Position numbers and translations under genes: made by a program. A stretch of 63,470 nucleotides of DNA, counting the filler, from Squatina squatina (taxonomy: Eukaryota): assembly GCA_031763465.1 (NCBI GenBank). It is 4 parts of 4 records of this genome, joined end to end, with 100 filler letters (N's around TTAATTAATTAA, not from the genome) between each part and the next. Parts side by side here need not be neighbours in the genome. Positions count along the whole stretch, not along the records: positions 49,785 to 63,470 come from JARFOE010000080.1; 3 more parts are not named here. One strand, 5' to 3'. This document shows, piece by piece, positions 52,407-63,470 of this stretch (its first letter is position 1; each line of letters begins with the position of its first letter). Under the pieces are notes generated by a model. That model was not told where the DNA came from, made no database searches, and saw only the letters and a list, made by a program, of their open reading frames with translations.

Positions 52407-52989
52407 ATCAGTAACAGTCTGTAGATTGCTGAGCTACGTGNNNNNNNNNNNNNNNNNNNNNNNNNNNNNNNNNNNNNNNNNNNNNNNNNNNNNNNNNNNN
52501 NNNNNNNNNNNNNNNNNNNNNNNNNNNNNNNNNNNNNNNNTGAAATTACTGAATGCTTTAAACCATTTCAGTTTTTGCATTAAGCTATACTTTAATATTT
52601 ATATTAGGAGAAATCAAGAAAAAATAATTTCTTAGAGTAGCAGCTGTAAATACATTATAAATTTCTAAGCAAAACAATACTGTCTCTTCAAGCATCAGAT
52701 GGGATGAGATAATTATTACAAGTCAAAACCTAATACTGCAAGACTTTAAAATATTTGATTTGAAGTTATTTTCATTTTTCAGCAAAGAACAATTTCATTT
52801 TTAGGGATTCTTCCAAATAGCTAACAAGACAAACCTTTGTTCACTGTATACTATATGAAGAAACTAACCAAAATACTGTTTGAAGATACAGATGCGAGAA
52901 CTTTCATTTCCTATGTGTACATTTGGCAAACTCTGTTTGCATTAAAAGCATTGATTTTAAATTATTTAAAACACTTCAGAAGTTGTCTT

Positions 52990-53216
52990 TTAATCAAAGT
53001 GAATTTGAATGGTGTGGCCTGCAAGGAGGAACAGCAAGCCGGCCAGCAAGGAGAAGAATATCCCAATAGGTGCAACTATGAAAGACCATCCATACTGAAT
53101 GTTTAGTGCAAAATCAGGACAGAGCTGGATTCTTTGCTTCTGAATGTATTCTTGAATATCAATAACAGTTTCGATCCAGATGACATACATAATAACAAGT
53201 ATTGTAAACAAAATAC
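52990..53216 (-). CDS. TMEM182: TMEM182-family gene (copy A), last coding exon
   Basis: cccttcccag|GT ATT. GILFTILVIMYVIWIETV...[46 protein letters not shown] matches human [23 protein letters not shown]...IQIHH. Confidence 0.9.
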
Positions 53217-53784
53217 CTGGGAAGGGGGAAAAAAAGAAAAAATCAATTAAAATAAAATTTTAAAAGATTATTTATGTTCAATTTTTATATTTTTAAACAC
53301 TATTTTTCTCCCTGTTCACTCTGCCTTGTTACCACCCCAGGTGCATTCTCCTCCAGCCGGGAGAGCTGAATTTTAATTAAAGTTAGTTGCTGGTGTTACA
53401 TATTAGCCTAAGTTTAACTATTTTACTCTGGAGAGAAACAATTCATTGAAACAGTTTGAATACAGCATAAAATTGTAGGAAACTGGCAATGTGATGTTAT
53501 TGTTACTATTTTTAATAGAAAGCTCCTCGACCCTGATATTTATGGGGAGGCGGGGAGGGAGCGCGGTTGGGGGGTGGGACCTGGAAATCCCGGGGACAAA
53601 ATTTTAACAACAGGACCTCATTATCATTTCTTAATTCTGTTTCCCGCCCGACAGCCAGCCAGAGACCGGATTGATAGGCTGGCCGGCTGTCGGGCCGGAA
53701 AGCCAGTGGTAGAAGGCCACAGTCATGGACAATTGTGGATGGTCCCCAGGAATCGGGAAAGATTGCAGGTGTCAAAATTTGATG

Positions 53785-54160
53785 AAGATCCACGTAAAGA
53801 TATATTAGGGCTCGTGACCAAAAGCTTGGTGAGAGAGATAGGTTTTAATGAGCATCTTAAAGGAAGATAGAGAGGTGGAGAGGCAGAGATGTTTAGGGAG
53901 GGAATTCCAGAATTAAGGCCTAGGTACGTCCACCAATGGTGGGGCAGTGGAAATCAGGGATGCGCAAGAAGCCAGAATTGAAGGAGTGCAAGCATCGCGG
54001 AAGGTTGTAGGGCTGGAGTAGGTTACAGAGATAGGGAGGGGTCAGGTCATGGAGGGATTTGAAAACAAGGCTGAGAATGGTCAGTTAGAGGTGATGCTGG
54101 ACCAGTGTAGGTCAGCGAGCACAGGGGTGATAGGTGAACGAGACAGTGTGAGTTAGGATA
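53785..54160 (-). mobile_element. L2-type LINE 3' fragment
   Basis: gtgaccaaaagcttggt...ggttttaa...gagaggtggagaggcagag...gggagggaattccag. Its reverse complement matches 4848-4981. Confidence 0.7.
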
Positions 54161-54429
54161 ATGAAATTGAGAGTCATTTAAGAACTGATTTTATTTACTA
54201 TTACCTAACATCTTCAAATCAGATGAGTTTATTTCAGCAGTGATTGTTAAAAGGAAAGAAAGACAAGGAATAGAATCTTCCCCAGTCACAGTCAATGGAG
54301 AAATTCTACATAATAACATTTATATGTGCAGTGAGCAATACAATCTGTAGTCAACTCATAAATAAATTCACATTAGATCATCTCTTTGTAAAAGATATAA
54401 ATCAGTGGCCACTGTGGAAGTAGGTATTA

Positions 54430-54900
54430 ACCCCACGATGGTGGTCAGGGTGGAGGCATAAGAATTTAAAATCACGAAAAGCTACCCCAACCCACTGTGT
54501 ACGTGTCTGACATCATTTTTACAGCAGCGGGCAGCGTGACATGTCTGTGTCCCGCTCTCGAGAGGCAGGACACTTTCGTATAATATTTAAAATCAGGCTC
54601 CCACAGTGCAGTTGGGGGCCTGATTTAAATTTAACGGTTTCCGGCCAGGTTTCCCAGAGCTCGGGAAGCTCGGCAGCTAAACGGAGACAGGAGCAGCTGG
54701 CTGCAAGAGGTAAGTGCATTTTATAGCACTGCTTGTGAGCTAGGAGGAGCAGGAGTGCTCCCCCGGCTCCGCAAGCAAACCTTCCGCCAATCACGGCCGC
54801 TCCTCACTGCTGCGATCTGCTGAACGCCCCTCTGACCTGCGATATCAAGTCTCCTGCTCCGTAATATGTCGACTCCCACCCACCCTCCAACCTACGATCC
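54430..54900. mobile_element. GC-rich non-autonomous DNA transposon-like repeat
   Basis: CpG-rich block with motifs (cagctggc, attttaa, atttaaat) resembling blocks at 53560-53720 and 60820-60930. Confidence 0.35.
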
Positions 54901-55214
54901 CGAGCCTCAGGCCAAACAATAAACTACCTCAGGCATTATAAATATCTGCATTGATTGTTATCACTTCCACTCGAGCTTATACAAAAACACATACAAAATA
55001 TGTTACCAATTGGCTCAGTTTTAGAGATGATCGCATAGTAACAGGATGTGGGTTGCCATCATTCCCAAATGGCAAGTTTCCCATTTTAGTAAAGACATAC
55101 TGAGTGAGGTTTAGATACCTCCTCAGGGATGGTGACAAGTATCAGCAGTTATGTCATGCTTGTGTAGCCATCACTCAGCAGCACCTCACTCTGTCCCTTT
55201 CATAACATCTGATC

Positions 55215-55414
55215 TGGTACAGTGGTTATGAGACTGGAGTGGAAACCCAAAGTTTATGAGTTCAAATCTTAATTTGGCAAATTGTACAATTGAATTCAAC
55301 AGAATGTCAGCTAGTACTGGAAAAGATAACTATGAAAGCTTATAGAATGTTGTAGAAACCCAACTGATTCACTAATGTCCTTCAGGGAATGGAATCCTGT
55401 CTGGTCTATATGTA
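55215..55414 (+). mobile_element. Second tRNA-derived SINE family, degenerate
   Basis: ggtacagtggttatg...gagttcaaatc (A/B-box-like), then aaacccaactgattcactaatgtccttcagggaa. Confidence 0.5.
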
Positions 55415-56201
55415 NNNNNNNNNNNNNNNNNNNNNNNNNNNNNNNNNNNNNNNNNNNNNNNNNNNNNNNNNNNNNNNNNNNNNNNNNNNNNNNNNNNNNN
55501 NNNNNNNNNNNNNNTATTATAGCTTAATCCAAATCTTTTTATATATATATAATCTATAAATGCCATTAAGACAAAAATTAAACTACTAGTATAAAACTTG
55601 AGCCAAATAGTTGCAAGAAATATGAGTATATGCACATGTGATGCTGAAGTGTGATACATAAACTGATGTGACAAGACCAAGGCCAGCTGCAAGAACCAAC
55701 ACTTACTTCTTTTAGGTGTCCAACATACCTCATGGAAAATATCATGGGAAGGCCTTTAAGGGCCCAGCCCTGCTGCCTCGCCTGCATTGCTGCCCCATGC
55801 TTATGTCTGCTTTTGTCTCTTTTTCTGTCTATTTTTCCTCTGCTTTGCACCTGGGAACTGAGTGTTCACCTCTTTAAGCTAAGCCTTGAAAAACGGATGA
55901 TTATAAAGATGGATTTCTCTTCAGCTTTTCTATCCATTCTATATAAAGCTATGAGAACTGCCTATTATTCAAATATACCTGGATATATCGATGTAGTAAG
56001 AATATACAAATGCAAAAGTGATAATAGTCCATTATCCCATCTAGGACCTGATCTGGTCATTAATCATAATTTTACCAGAACCCATATCAGTCAACTCATT
56101 GCTAAACTAGGAGTTGAACCAGTTATTTTTTTGAATCAATCAATTGAGCCAACATCCACTTCATTCACTGATNNNNNNNNNNGTCTGAATATTCCACTTA
56201 C

Positions 56202-56339
56202 CGGCAGACAGAAATAGCCCACCTCCTGCTTTGTAGAGCCTATGATTAGAAAATGGAGCTGCACAGATGATGATGAAGCCTCCTACTGTGACAGCAATGA
56301 CACCCAACATCATGAATATAGACCAGAAACCACGGTAAA
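56202..56339 (-). CDS. TMEM182: TMEM182-family gene (copy A), exon 4 (138 nt)
   Basis: tcttcag|TT TAC...GCC G|gtaagt. [45 protein letters not shown] matches human YRGFWAVLMLLGV...IICAAPFASHFLYKAGGG. Confidence 0.92.
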
Positions 56340-56848
56340 CTGAAGATACAGACAATAAAAGCATTAGTTAAGTTCAGTATCAGTTTGAAAATATCAATAT
56401 TGTTTGCTTCGAAGTGAACTGTATTTGCCTAAATTGTTATAAATACTATACACTGAGAGATCTGTGTACTTCGACTTATCGCTCATTTCTTTAATGGAGA
56501 CAATGAGCAACGGGTCCCACATCCTACGGATGGCATTGAAATCCCCAGATAATGAGGAATATTTTGAAGGGAGACATCAATTTACACAATGATTTTGTAT
56601 TTCTCCTTTGTTTGGTCACAGTGAGCCTGAAATTGCGATTCCCCCCAGGTGCTTACGATGTTTCCACGCACCTGGGGGAACCTCGCAAGTTCCGAAACTC
56701 GGGCTGCACTGAGCATGGCCGCAGATCCGAAACTTACGATCTGTCAAGNNNNNNNNNNNNNNNNNNNNNNNNNNNNNNNNNNNNNNNNNNNNNNNNNNNN
56801 NNNNNNNNNNNNNNNNNNNNNNNNNNNNNNNNNNNNNNNNNNNNNNNN

Positions 56849-56979
56849 TATTGAATGGCGGAGCAGGCCCGAAGGGCCGAATGGCCTACTCCTGCTCCTA
56901 TTTGCTATGTTTCTAACTGTCTGCATAACCGTCCCGAAGGTCCAAATGGCCTACTCCTGCTCTTATTTTCTATGTTTCT
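56849..56979 (+). mobile_element. Two tandem CR1-type 3' tails
   Basis: cccgaagg..aatggcctactcctgctc.tattt.ctatgtttct occurs at 56868-56914 and again at 56933-56979. Confidence 0.7.
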
Positions 56980-58679
56980 TATTTTCTGTAAGGAAATTTC
57001 TTCTAACCTTTCTTCACATTGTATCATTTTAAATTGATGACCCCCTTATTGCTGATTCTCCAACCATAAGAAATGGTTTTTCCCTATTCACCCCATCAAC
57101 ATTTATGAGAGCTGGCTCACACTTCCCTATAAATACTTGTAGCATAACATAACATGGGAATGTAACAATAGCATCCCCACGCAATTTGAATTGGAAGCTC
57201 ATGTCTCTTGCACATGTGTTTCTCCAATCTCTCTGAAGGTGGACTAAGTTAACATTAATGAGTCAAAGAAGTTTGAATCATAAACTTCTTTATTCCACAG
57301 TATGGTGAAACGTACAGAGCAATAGGTGTGATCAGAATCGTTTAGTTCAATCTGCACACCTTATATTCCTGCAAGAATGCAAAATAAAGAACAGACAACA
57401 CTACCCCATTTGGGTGGGTGCTCTTACTTAACCTAAGCAAGAGATTTTCTAGTTAATCTTCCCATATTTGTGACCTCTCTGCCTCATCGAAGGCCTTTTT
57501 TCTTTGACAGTAGACTGTGCCCTTTATGCCTTTCTGCTTCAAAAGTTCTCCTGGACGAGAAGTCAGGTTAATTCCTTTTCCTGATACATTCAGGACCATG
57601 GGCTGACCAATGGAATTATCAATCAATTCTGCCTCGGTCCCCCTCTTGAAATTAGCTCCATGCAAAACTTGAAAGAATGAGACATTCAAAACCCTAAGGT
57701 GTGAATGTATGCTGGAAAGTATTTTAATGGGTTCCTATTGTCTGAGACCATCTAGCTTCATGGCTTCTGATTCACATCCCATATGGGAACTGCCCTCAGA
57801 AACTAACCCTTTTAAATCAAGCATCAACTTAGTAGCACGTCTTTAAAATAACTCTGTTGATGCTTGAAACAATGGCCAAAAGATGAAGGCAGTAGATAGG
57901 CCATGCAAGACAGCTAGGTGGGGCTTGGAGGGCAGTAGAGACAGTGATGTTAAGGGGCAGGCAAGAAGGCTGGAACAATGCGAGGTGATCGAAGGAAAAG
58001 AATATGCCAGAGGAGTAGGGGGAGAAATCAATATGTCATTTACAATATGTCACCACAAGAGTCTGGGTGGGGCAATAGTGGAAAACATACCCAGGCAAGG
58101 AGACCTCAGTAAAGGAACAAGGTGTTACTACTTTTAAGGCAAGTTTCCATCAAAGTCATGATGTCAATACAGTCATCCAGAATACGGACACAGCAATGCC
58201 CTAAAAACATTTACCTTCAAAATCTTGCTTTTCAACTGGCTTCTTGTCTAAGGGGTCCACCCATAACAAGCCTGGATGTCAGTTTTCCTGACTGTGCTTT
58301 AGAGTTGGCTCTCCATGCTCCCTTTTGCATAAGGTAATGAAACTACTGCTTCGGACAGAGCTTCCGACACCCACCCCAGACTCAACAGGAAATTTAAGCT
58401 TCCCAAGCATTTCTTTATACTTGTAACCTGTCATCCCTGGTAACATCCGAGTGAATCTATGTGCACCATTTCCATTGCTTTTATATTTTTCCTATAGTCA
58501 CACTATAGTTCCTATAGTTATTGCACCAGCTATTTCCTTGGGGGTTTTCCCGAACAGGTACCATAGTTTTGACAGAAACATTGTTTACTCAGCTATCCGA
58601 GGTATCTGCCAATCTTCTCCTGAACTAACAGCGACCAATTGGGAGGAGATTCTCAGCATTCTACTTTGGTGGTGCATTA

Positions 58680-59250
58680 TCCTTCCTCGTCCTCTCTGCA
58701 GCCTTTGACACAGTTCACCACACCATCCTCCTCCAAGACTTCTTTCTATTGTCCAGCTCAGTGGGACTTCCCTCACTTGGTTCCACTCGTACCTATCCGA
58801 TTGTAGCCAGAACATTTTCAGCAATAGTTTCTCTCCCCAACCCTGTGTCATTACCTTTAGAGTCCCCAAGATTCTATTTTTGGCCTCTTCCTCATCTACA
58901 TATTACCTTTGCGACGTCATCCGCTGACATGGGGTCGGATTCCATATGTACGCTGACAACACCCAGCTCCACCTCTCCATCACCCCTCTCAACCTTTCCA
59001 CTCTCTCCATGTTGTCAGACTGTTTATCCAACATCCAGTCTTGGATGAACTGCAATTTTCTCCAGTTAAACACTGGGAGGACCAATGCCACCGTTTCTGG
59101 TCCTGGCACAAACTCTGTTTCCTAACAGCATATTTCATTTCTCTGCCCAGCCAGTATCTCAGTCTGAGCCAGACTGCCTGCAAACTCAGTGTCCGAGTCC
59201 AGCTGAACTTCCAACTCCATATCCTCTCCAAAGACCACCTACTATGTGCC
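58680..59250 (+). mobile_element. Degenerate L2-type reverse transcriptase fragment
   Basis: Broken motifs LSAAFDTVHHTILL, VP(Q)DSIFGL, FHMYADNTQLHLS and WMNCNFLQLN, with frameshifts. Confidence 0.8.
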
Positions 59251-59521
59251 CTTCCTAACATTCCCAGACCTTCAGACCTCGAAACTTTTTAATGAATGGG
59301 TGGGGATAGGTTTCTTCATTCAATTATTTTTCACTATATCTATCATAAAACACGAGCAAGACTCGGAGCTATGATCACGTGATTTTAAAGGCTTTGAAGT
59401 CATTTCCACAGTGCAGGAGAGACTATAATGGAATTTTGATTGCTGTGGACTGAACCCTTAAAGATCCTATACGAAGACGTTTTGCAATCTTTGTGGTTAA
59501 CAACGCAAGGTACTTATTAGG

Positions 59522-59642
59522 CCATCGACCTGAAACGTTAACTCTGTTTCTCTCTCCTTAGATGCTGCCTGACCTGCTGAGTATTTCTAGCATTTTCTGT
59601 TTTTATTTCAGATTTCCAGCATCCGCAGTATTTCGCTTTTGT
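59522..59642 (+). mobile_element. 5'-truncated Penelope-like terminal repeat
   Basis: catcgacctgaaacgttaactctgtttc...cagcatccgcagtatttcgcttttgt is nearly the reverse complement of 9630-9746. It lacks the CUGANGA half of the ribozyme. Confidence 0.7.
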
Positions 59643-60193
59643 ACTTAGGAAACGAGTTTAATTTCCCCATATAGTTATTTATTTTAAAACCCTTGTATTA
59701 CCTTCTATTGATTTCTCCCAAACCATTAATAAAATAATGCATTTCATATTATTTTTTACATGCTAATGTTAAAATGGTGACTTGCTGTAAACTGGCAACA
59801 TTTAGTTTAAATGTCGCATAGAAAAATGAACGACCCGACTGCACAATATTATAGTGCAAGTTAAAACATAAAAGTCTTAGGACGACAGGTACTAGTATCT
59901 ATAGGGAGCTGAGATGCATATTGTGGGGTTTCAGGTTTGAATACATGTTACACGCTTTAAATTGATCATTTTTTTTTCCCGCCGGAATCACTTTGGAGCT
60001 TTCCTGAACAAAATTCAATGCATGCTTTCAGATTGTGTGAATAGATGAATATAAATGAATGAAACTGCCCCACGTTTTAATTTTCATGCACTGCAATCAA
60101 TACATGCAGGTTACTGTTTGAACCGTTTTAATCTTTGCTCCCCCACTAGTTCTGGTTGCAGCAGTCTGCAAAGTAACGGAGATTGACACTAAC

Positions 60194-60343
60194 CTCTGCA
60201 GAGATCGAATCCGTTCTATTTCGGACAGAGGGACATGTTTCAGTGGCCAGCAGCCAGTAATCTGTGCCGAAGGCGAGCAGAAAGAGTAGGACTGCGAGAG
60301 CTCCAATCACCCCGGCGAAGAATAGGGCCACGCTGAGTTTCAT
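60194..60343 (-). CDS. TMEM182: TMEM182-family gene (copy A), first coding exon (150 nt)
   Basis: ATG at 60343, GAG|gttagt donor. [37 protein letters not shown] matches human [35 protein letters not shown]. Head-to-head with MFSD9 as in human. Exact orthology (TMEM182 versus TMEM182-like) is unresolved. Confidence 0.9.
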
Positions 60344-60594
60344 ATTCTGTACTATTCACTGTTGTCTAATTAAGCGAAGGACGTTACACAGGAAGATCCC
60401 TCTTTCACGCTCACTCTCCGTCTCTGCCCTGTTTTAGGAATCTGATCCTGCTTCCCTCCTCTTTGCACACNNNNNNNNNNNNNNNNNNNNNNNNNNNNNN
60501 NNNNNNNNNNNNNNNNNNNNNNNNNNNNNNNNNNNNNNNNNNNNNNNNNNNNNNNNNNNNNNNNNNNNNNGCTACCTCCTCCGAATCCAATGGC

Positions 60595-60700
60595 CCTCCT
60601 AGTTTGCGTTGAGTTTCTGAATTCAAATTGTTCATGTAAATTAGAAACAGCAGTGGTGCCAATACTGATCCGAGGGGCACCCCACTCAATACTCCACTGG
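60595..60700 (-). mobile_element. CR1-type reverse transcriptase fragment
   Basis: SGVPLGSVLAPLLFLIYMNNL is a decayed [21 protein letters not shown] motif. Confidence 0.7.
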
Positions 60701-62973
60701 ACTCCACGGTGAAAGTTTGGCCAGCTGACGTCCCAGGCTCCTCCTTTCCCAAGTGTGAAACTCTGAGAACCCCCAACCCCCTACGACTTAGATGACTTTC
60801 GGCCTCTGGGCTGCTTGACCTTTGTAGGTTCAAAGCCAGCGAGCTTCCTGTGGATGCCCATTTTGGGCCGGCAGCTGGCCATTAAAGTGGGCTGGGCTTT
60901 CCACTGCCCGCGAGTTAAAATTCCTCCTTCCGTCTCTTGTATTTTATTTCTTTTATTTCTCTCATTATGCCTCTTTTTGTTTACTGTGCTTATCACTTCT
61001 GCCCTTTTACCATCTCCGAACTTGCACCTTAGCACTCTACAGGTAATTCTGCCTTTTCCTGTTTGTGGTCATTGTGTGCTTTTTTTCTCCCCTTTCCCCT
61101 CCTTGAATGCTGTTCATTTGCAATATCTTTCACTTCTGAGGGAGAGTTTACACTTGAAACATCATCTGACTCATGTTTTCTTGATGGATGTTGCCTAACC
61201 TGATGAATTTCCAGCATGTACTGTTTTATTTGTAATGCATTCCTTTTCTTAATTTGCCACTAGAAGGCATAATGTGGTCATGTAGTGCCATTGATTACGT
61301 TATTACCCACACCCAGTAAATTGTCTTGCATGTCACTTTGCCAAACAATTCCTTTGAATAGCAGCTGTCTTGTTTCTTCCATTCTGCTCAGAAGCATTTG
61401 TGTATGCTCTCAGCTTTTAAATATTCCTAAATAGGCTTGCATAGGCAATAAGTAGTGGGTGAGTACTAATTGCTCATCCCTTTTACGTTGCAACCCAGTT
61501 TGTCTAACTAATAATGAAATACGTCCTTTTATTTCAAAATAAAGAATGTGTAATAAAATGAATAATTAAGTCCTCAGAATTCCAAGCTATTTAGATGTAT
61601 TTGACACAAATATGGCACATTTTACACAAGATACCCACAATACATCTTAATAAACAAAACTGTGATACTACAATTAGCAGGGAGATGTTTAAATCTCCTT
61701 CATTAACTACCTCATGTGAGTTTGTGGACTCTAAAGAGACACATGTGAATGCCAATATATCCAGTCCCATTGTGATTGTGACTGTCCTTACTGTCAATTC
61801 TAAAAGCATTATATACAGCAATGAATTCTGATACTTCCTTGCAATTGAAGGTGAACTTACAATAGGGACAACTTTACATACACATACTTTAACAAAATTC
61901 AATATCTGCAATGATATCAACTTAGTATATTTAACCAAAAGATGAAAAAGAAATTTAAAGAAAGAAAGATTGGATTTTTATTTATGTATTATTTCAATAT
62001 AAAAATGATCACATATGGTAATTCTAACCTCTAAGAAATATACAGATCCCCAGTGGAGGAAAGCTGTGGCAGCTGTGAAAAGTATTATAGTAAATCAGCA
62101 TCTACCACTGAGCAGCCCCCATTTCTTGTGATTTTGTAAAAGTAGTTTGTCTTCAATTTTTTTCCAACTTTGTTCCACACACACAATGCTGGCAATGAAT
62201 AGGGCCAATGGTTTGTTGTGGAAAGTGANNNNNNNNNNNNNNNNNNNNNNNNNNNNNNNNNNNNNNNNNNNNNNNNNNNNNNNNNNNNNNNNNNNNNNNN
62301 NNNNNNNNNNNNNNNNNNNNNNNNNNNNACTTTAGTCAGTGGGATGGGAGGGTGGGGAGCAGAAATTATAGTAGCCATTGGATGTGGTCGTTACATGGGT
62401 CCAGTGGTGGTAACTAACTGAACTGTACAGCTATATATGGGAATACCTGACATCCCGGGCAGCAGTGTTGCCATCCTCCTCCTCCTCCTCTTCCTTGGAT
62501 TTATCCACAGATGATGTGTGCTCAGTGCCTTGTTCCTCCTGCAGCTTCAATTCTCACTGCAACGCAATATTGCGTAGAGCACAGCACACCACGACCATCA
62601 AACTCAGAAGTCGGCCACTTTAACCCCCCACCCGCACCTAAACCCACGCGGTGCTCCACGTTAAAATTTCCCCTTATAAGTGGGTTCAAGGGATAACTCA
62701 ATGTATTTCTGGTGAGAGGAATGTGGTGCGCAGATATATTTGAGTTATTTAAAAATGATCAGGTTTGCTTGGCCTAATTGTCTTTTCCTGTTCTTAAAAG
62801 TTCTGATCTTATGAGGTTGGATGTGCAGCATAGCATTATATAAGAAGCCCCAAGCAATTCCTACACAGATTTGCTTGCTTCAGTGAAGTGCTTTTCAGTG
62901 ATTGTTGACTGAAGTAAGATTTTCATGGATAGGGTTGGAAGCAGATCCTGTCCACCTTCACTGCATCTCCTGA

Positions 62974-63204
<231 letters not shown>

Positions 63205-63316
63205 TAAAGTGTTCAGTGAATAATTATTAACTTGAACTGCCTTTTATTGTTTAAATATTGACTTTATAAAACATTTTTGAGGGAAGTTTGTTTTTTAAAA
63301 AGATAAGCAATGAACG

Positions 63317-63470
63317 TCCCTGCTGGCTCAGTGGATAATGTGCTGTGGTGCTGAGCAACATGGAGCAGTGAGGTTCCAGATCTGATGCCTGGTCTTGCTG
63401 CATTAACTGATATTGGCCCTGGTATCGGGGAAGAGGACATTGTGATTGCCTCAGCGCTGCAGGCAAAAAG
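63317..63470 (+). mobile_element. tRNA-derived SINE S1, 5' part
   Basis: tccctgctggctcagtgg...tgtggtgctgagc...ggttccagatctgatgcctggtct...gattgcctcagcg. Confidence 0.55.

Overview
Vertebrate genomic DNA from a gappy draft assembly, most likely a cartilaginous fish (inferred from the repeat families). It is not one locus. Three artificial 100-nt linkers (44 N + TTAATTAATTAA + 44 N) join four unrelated scaffolds. (A) 1-14411: four OTUD3 exons, then two TMCO4 exons, all minus strand. (B) 14512-28687: one gap-truncated CDKAL1 exon plus intron. (C) 28788-49684: last coding exon of CBLN1 plus downstream non-coding DNA. (D) 49785-63470: a TMEM182-family gene (exons 1, 4, 5 visible) head-to-head with MFSD9 exon 2, and directly downstream a second, divergent TMEM182-like gene (exons 1-2, in frame, canonical splice sites, perfect MEF2 site upstream) that the ORF track does not resolve. 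The rest is CR1/L2-type LINE fragments, tRNA-derived SINEs, non-autonomous DNA transposons and Penelope-like repeats, one with a near-intact minimal hammerhead ribozyme core. Gene identities come from my recognition of the translated peptides, not a database search. Repeat boundaries are approximate.
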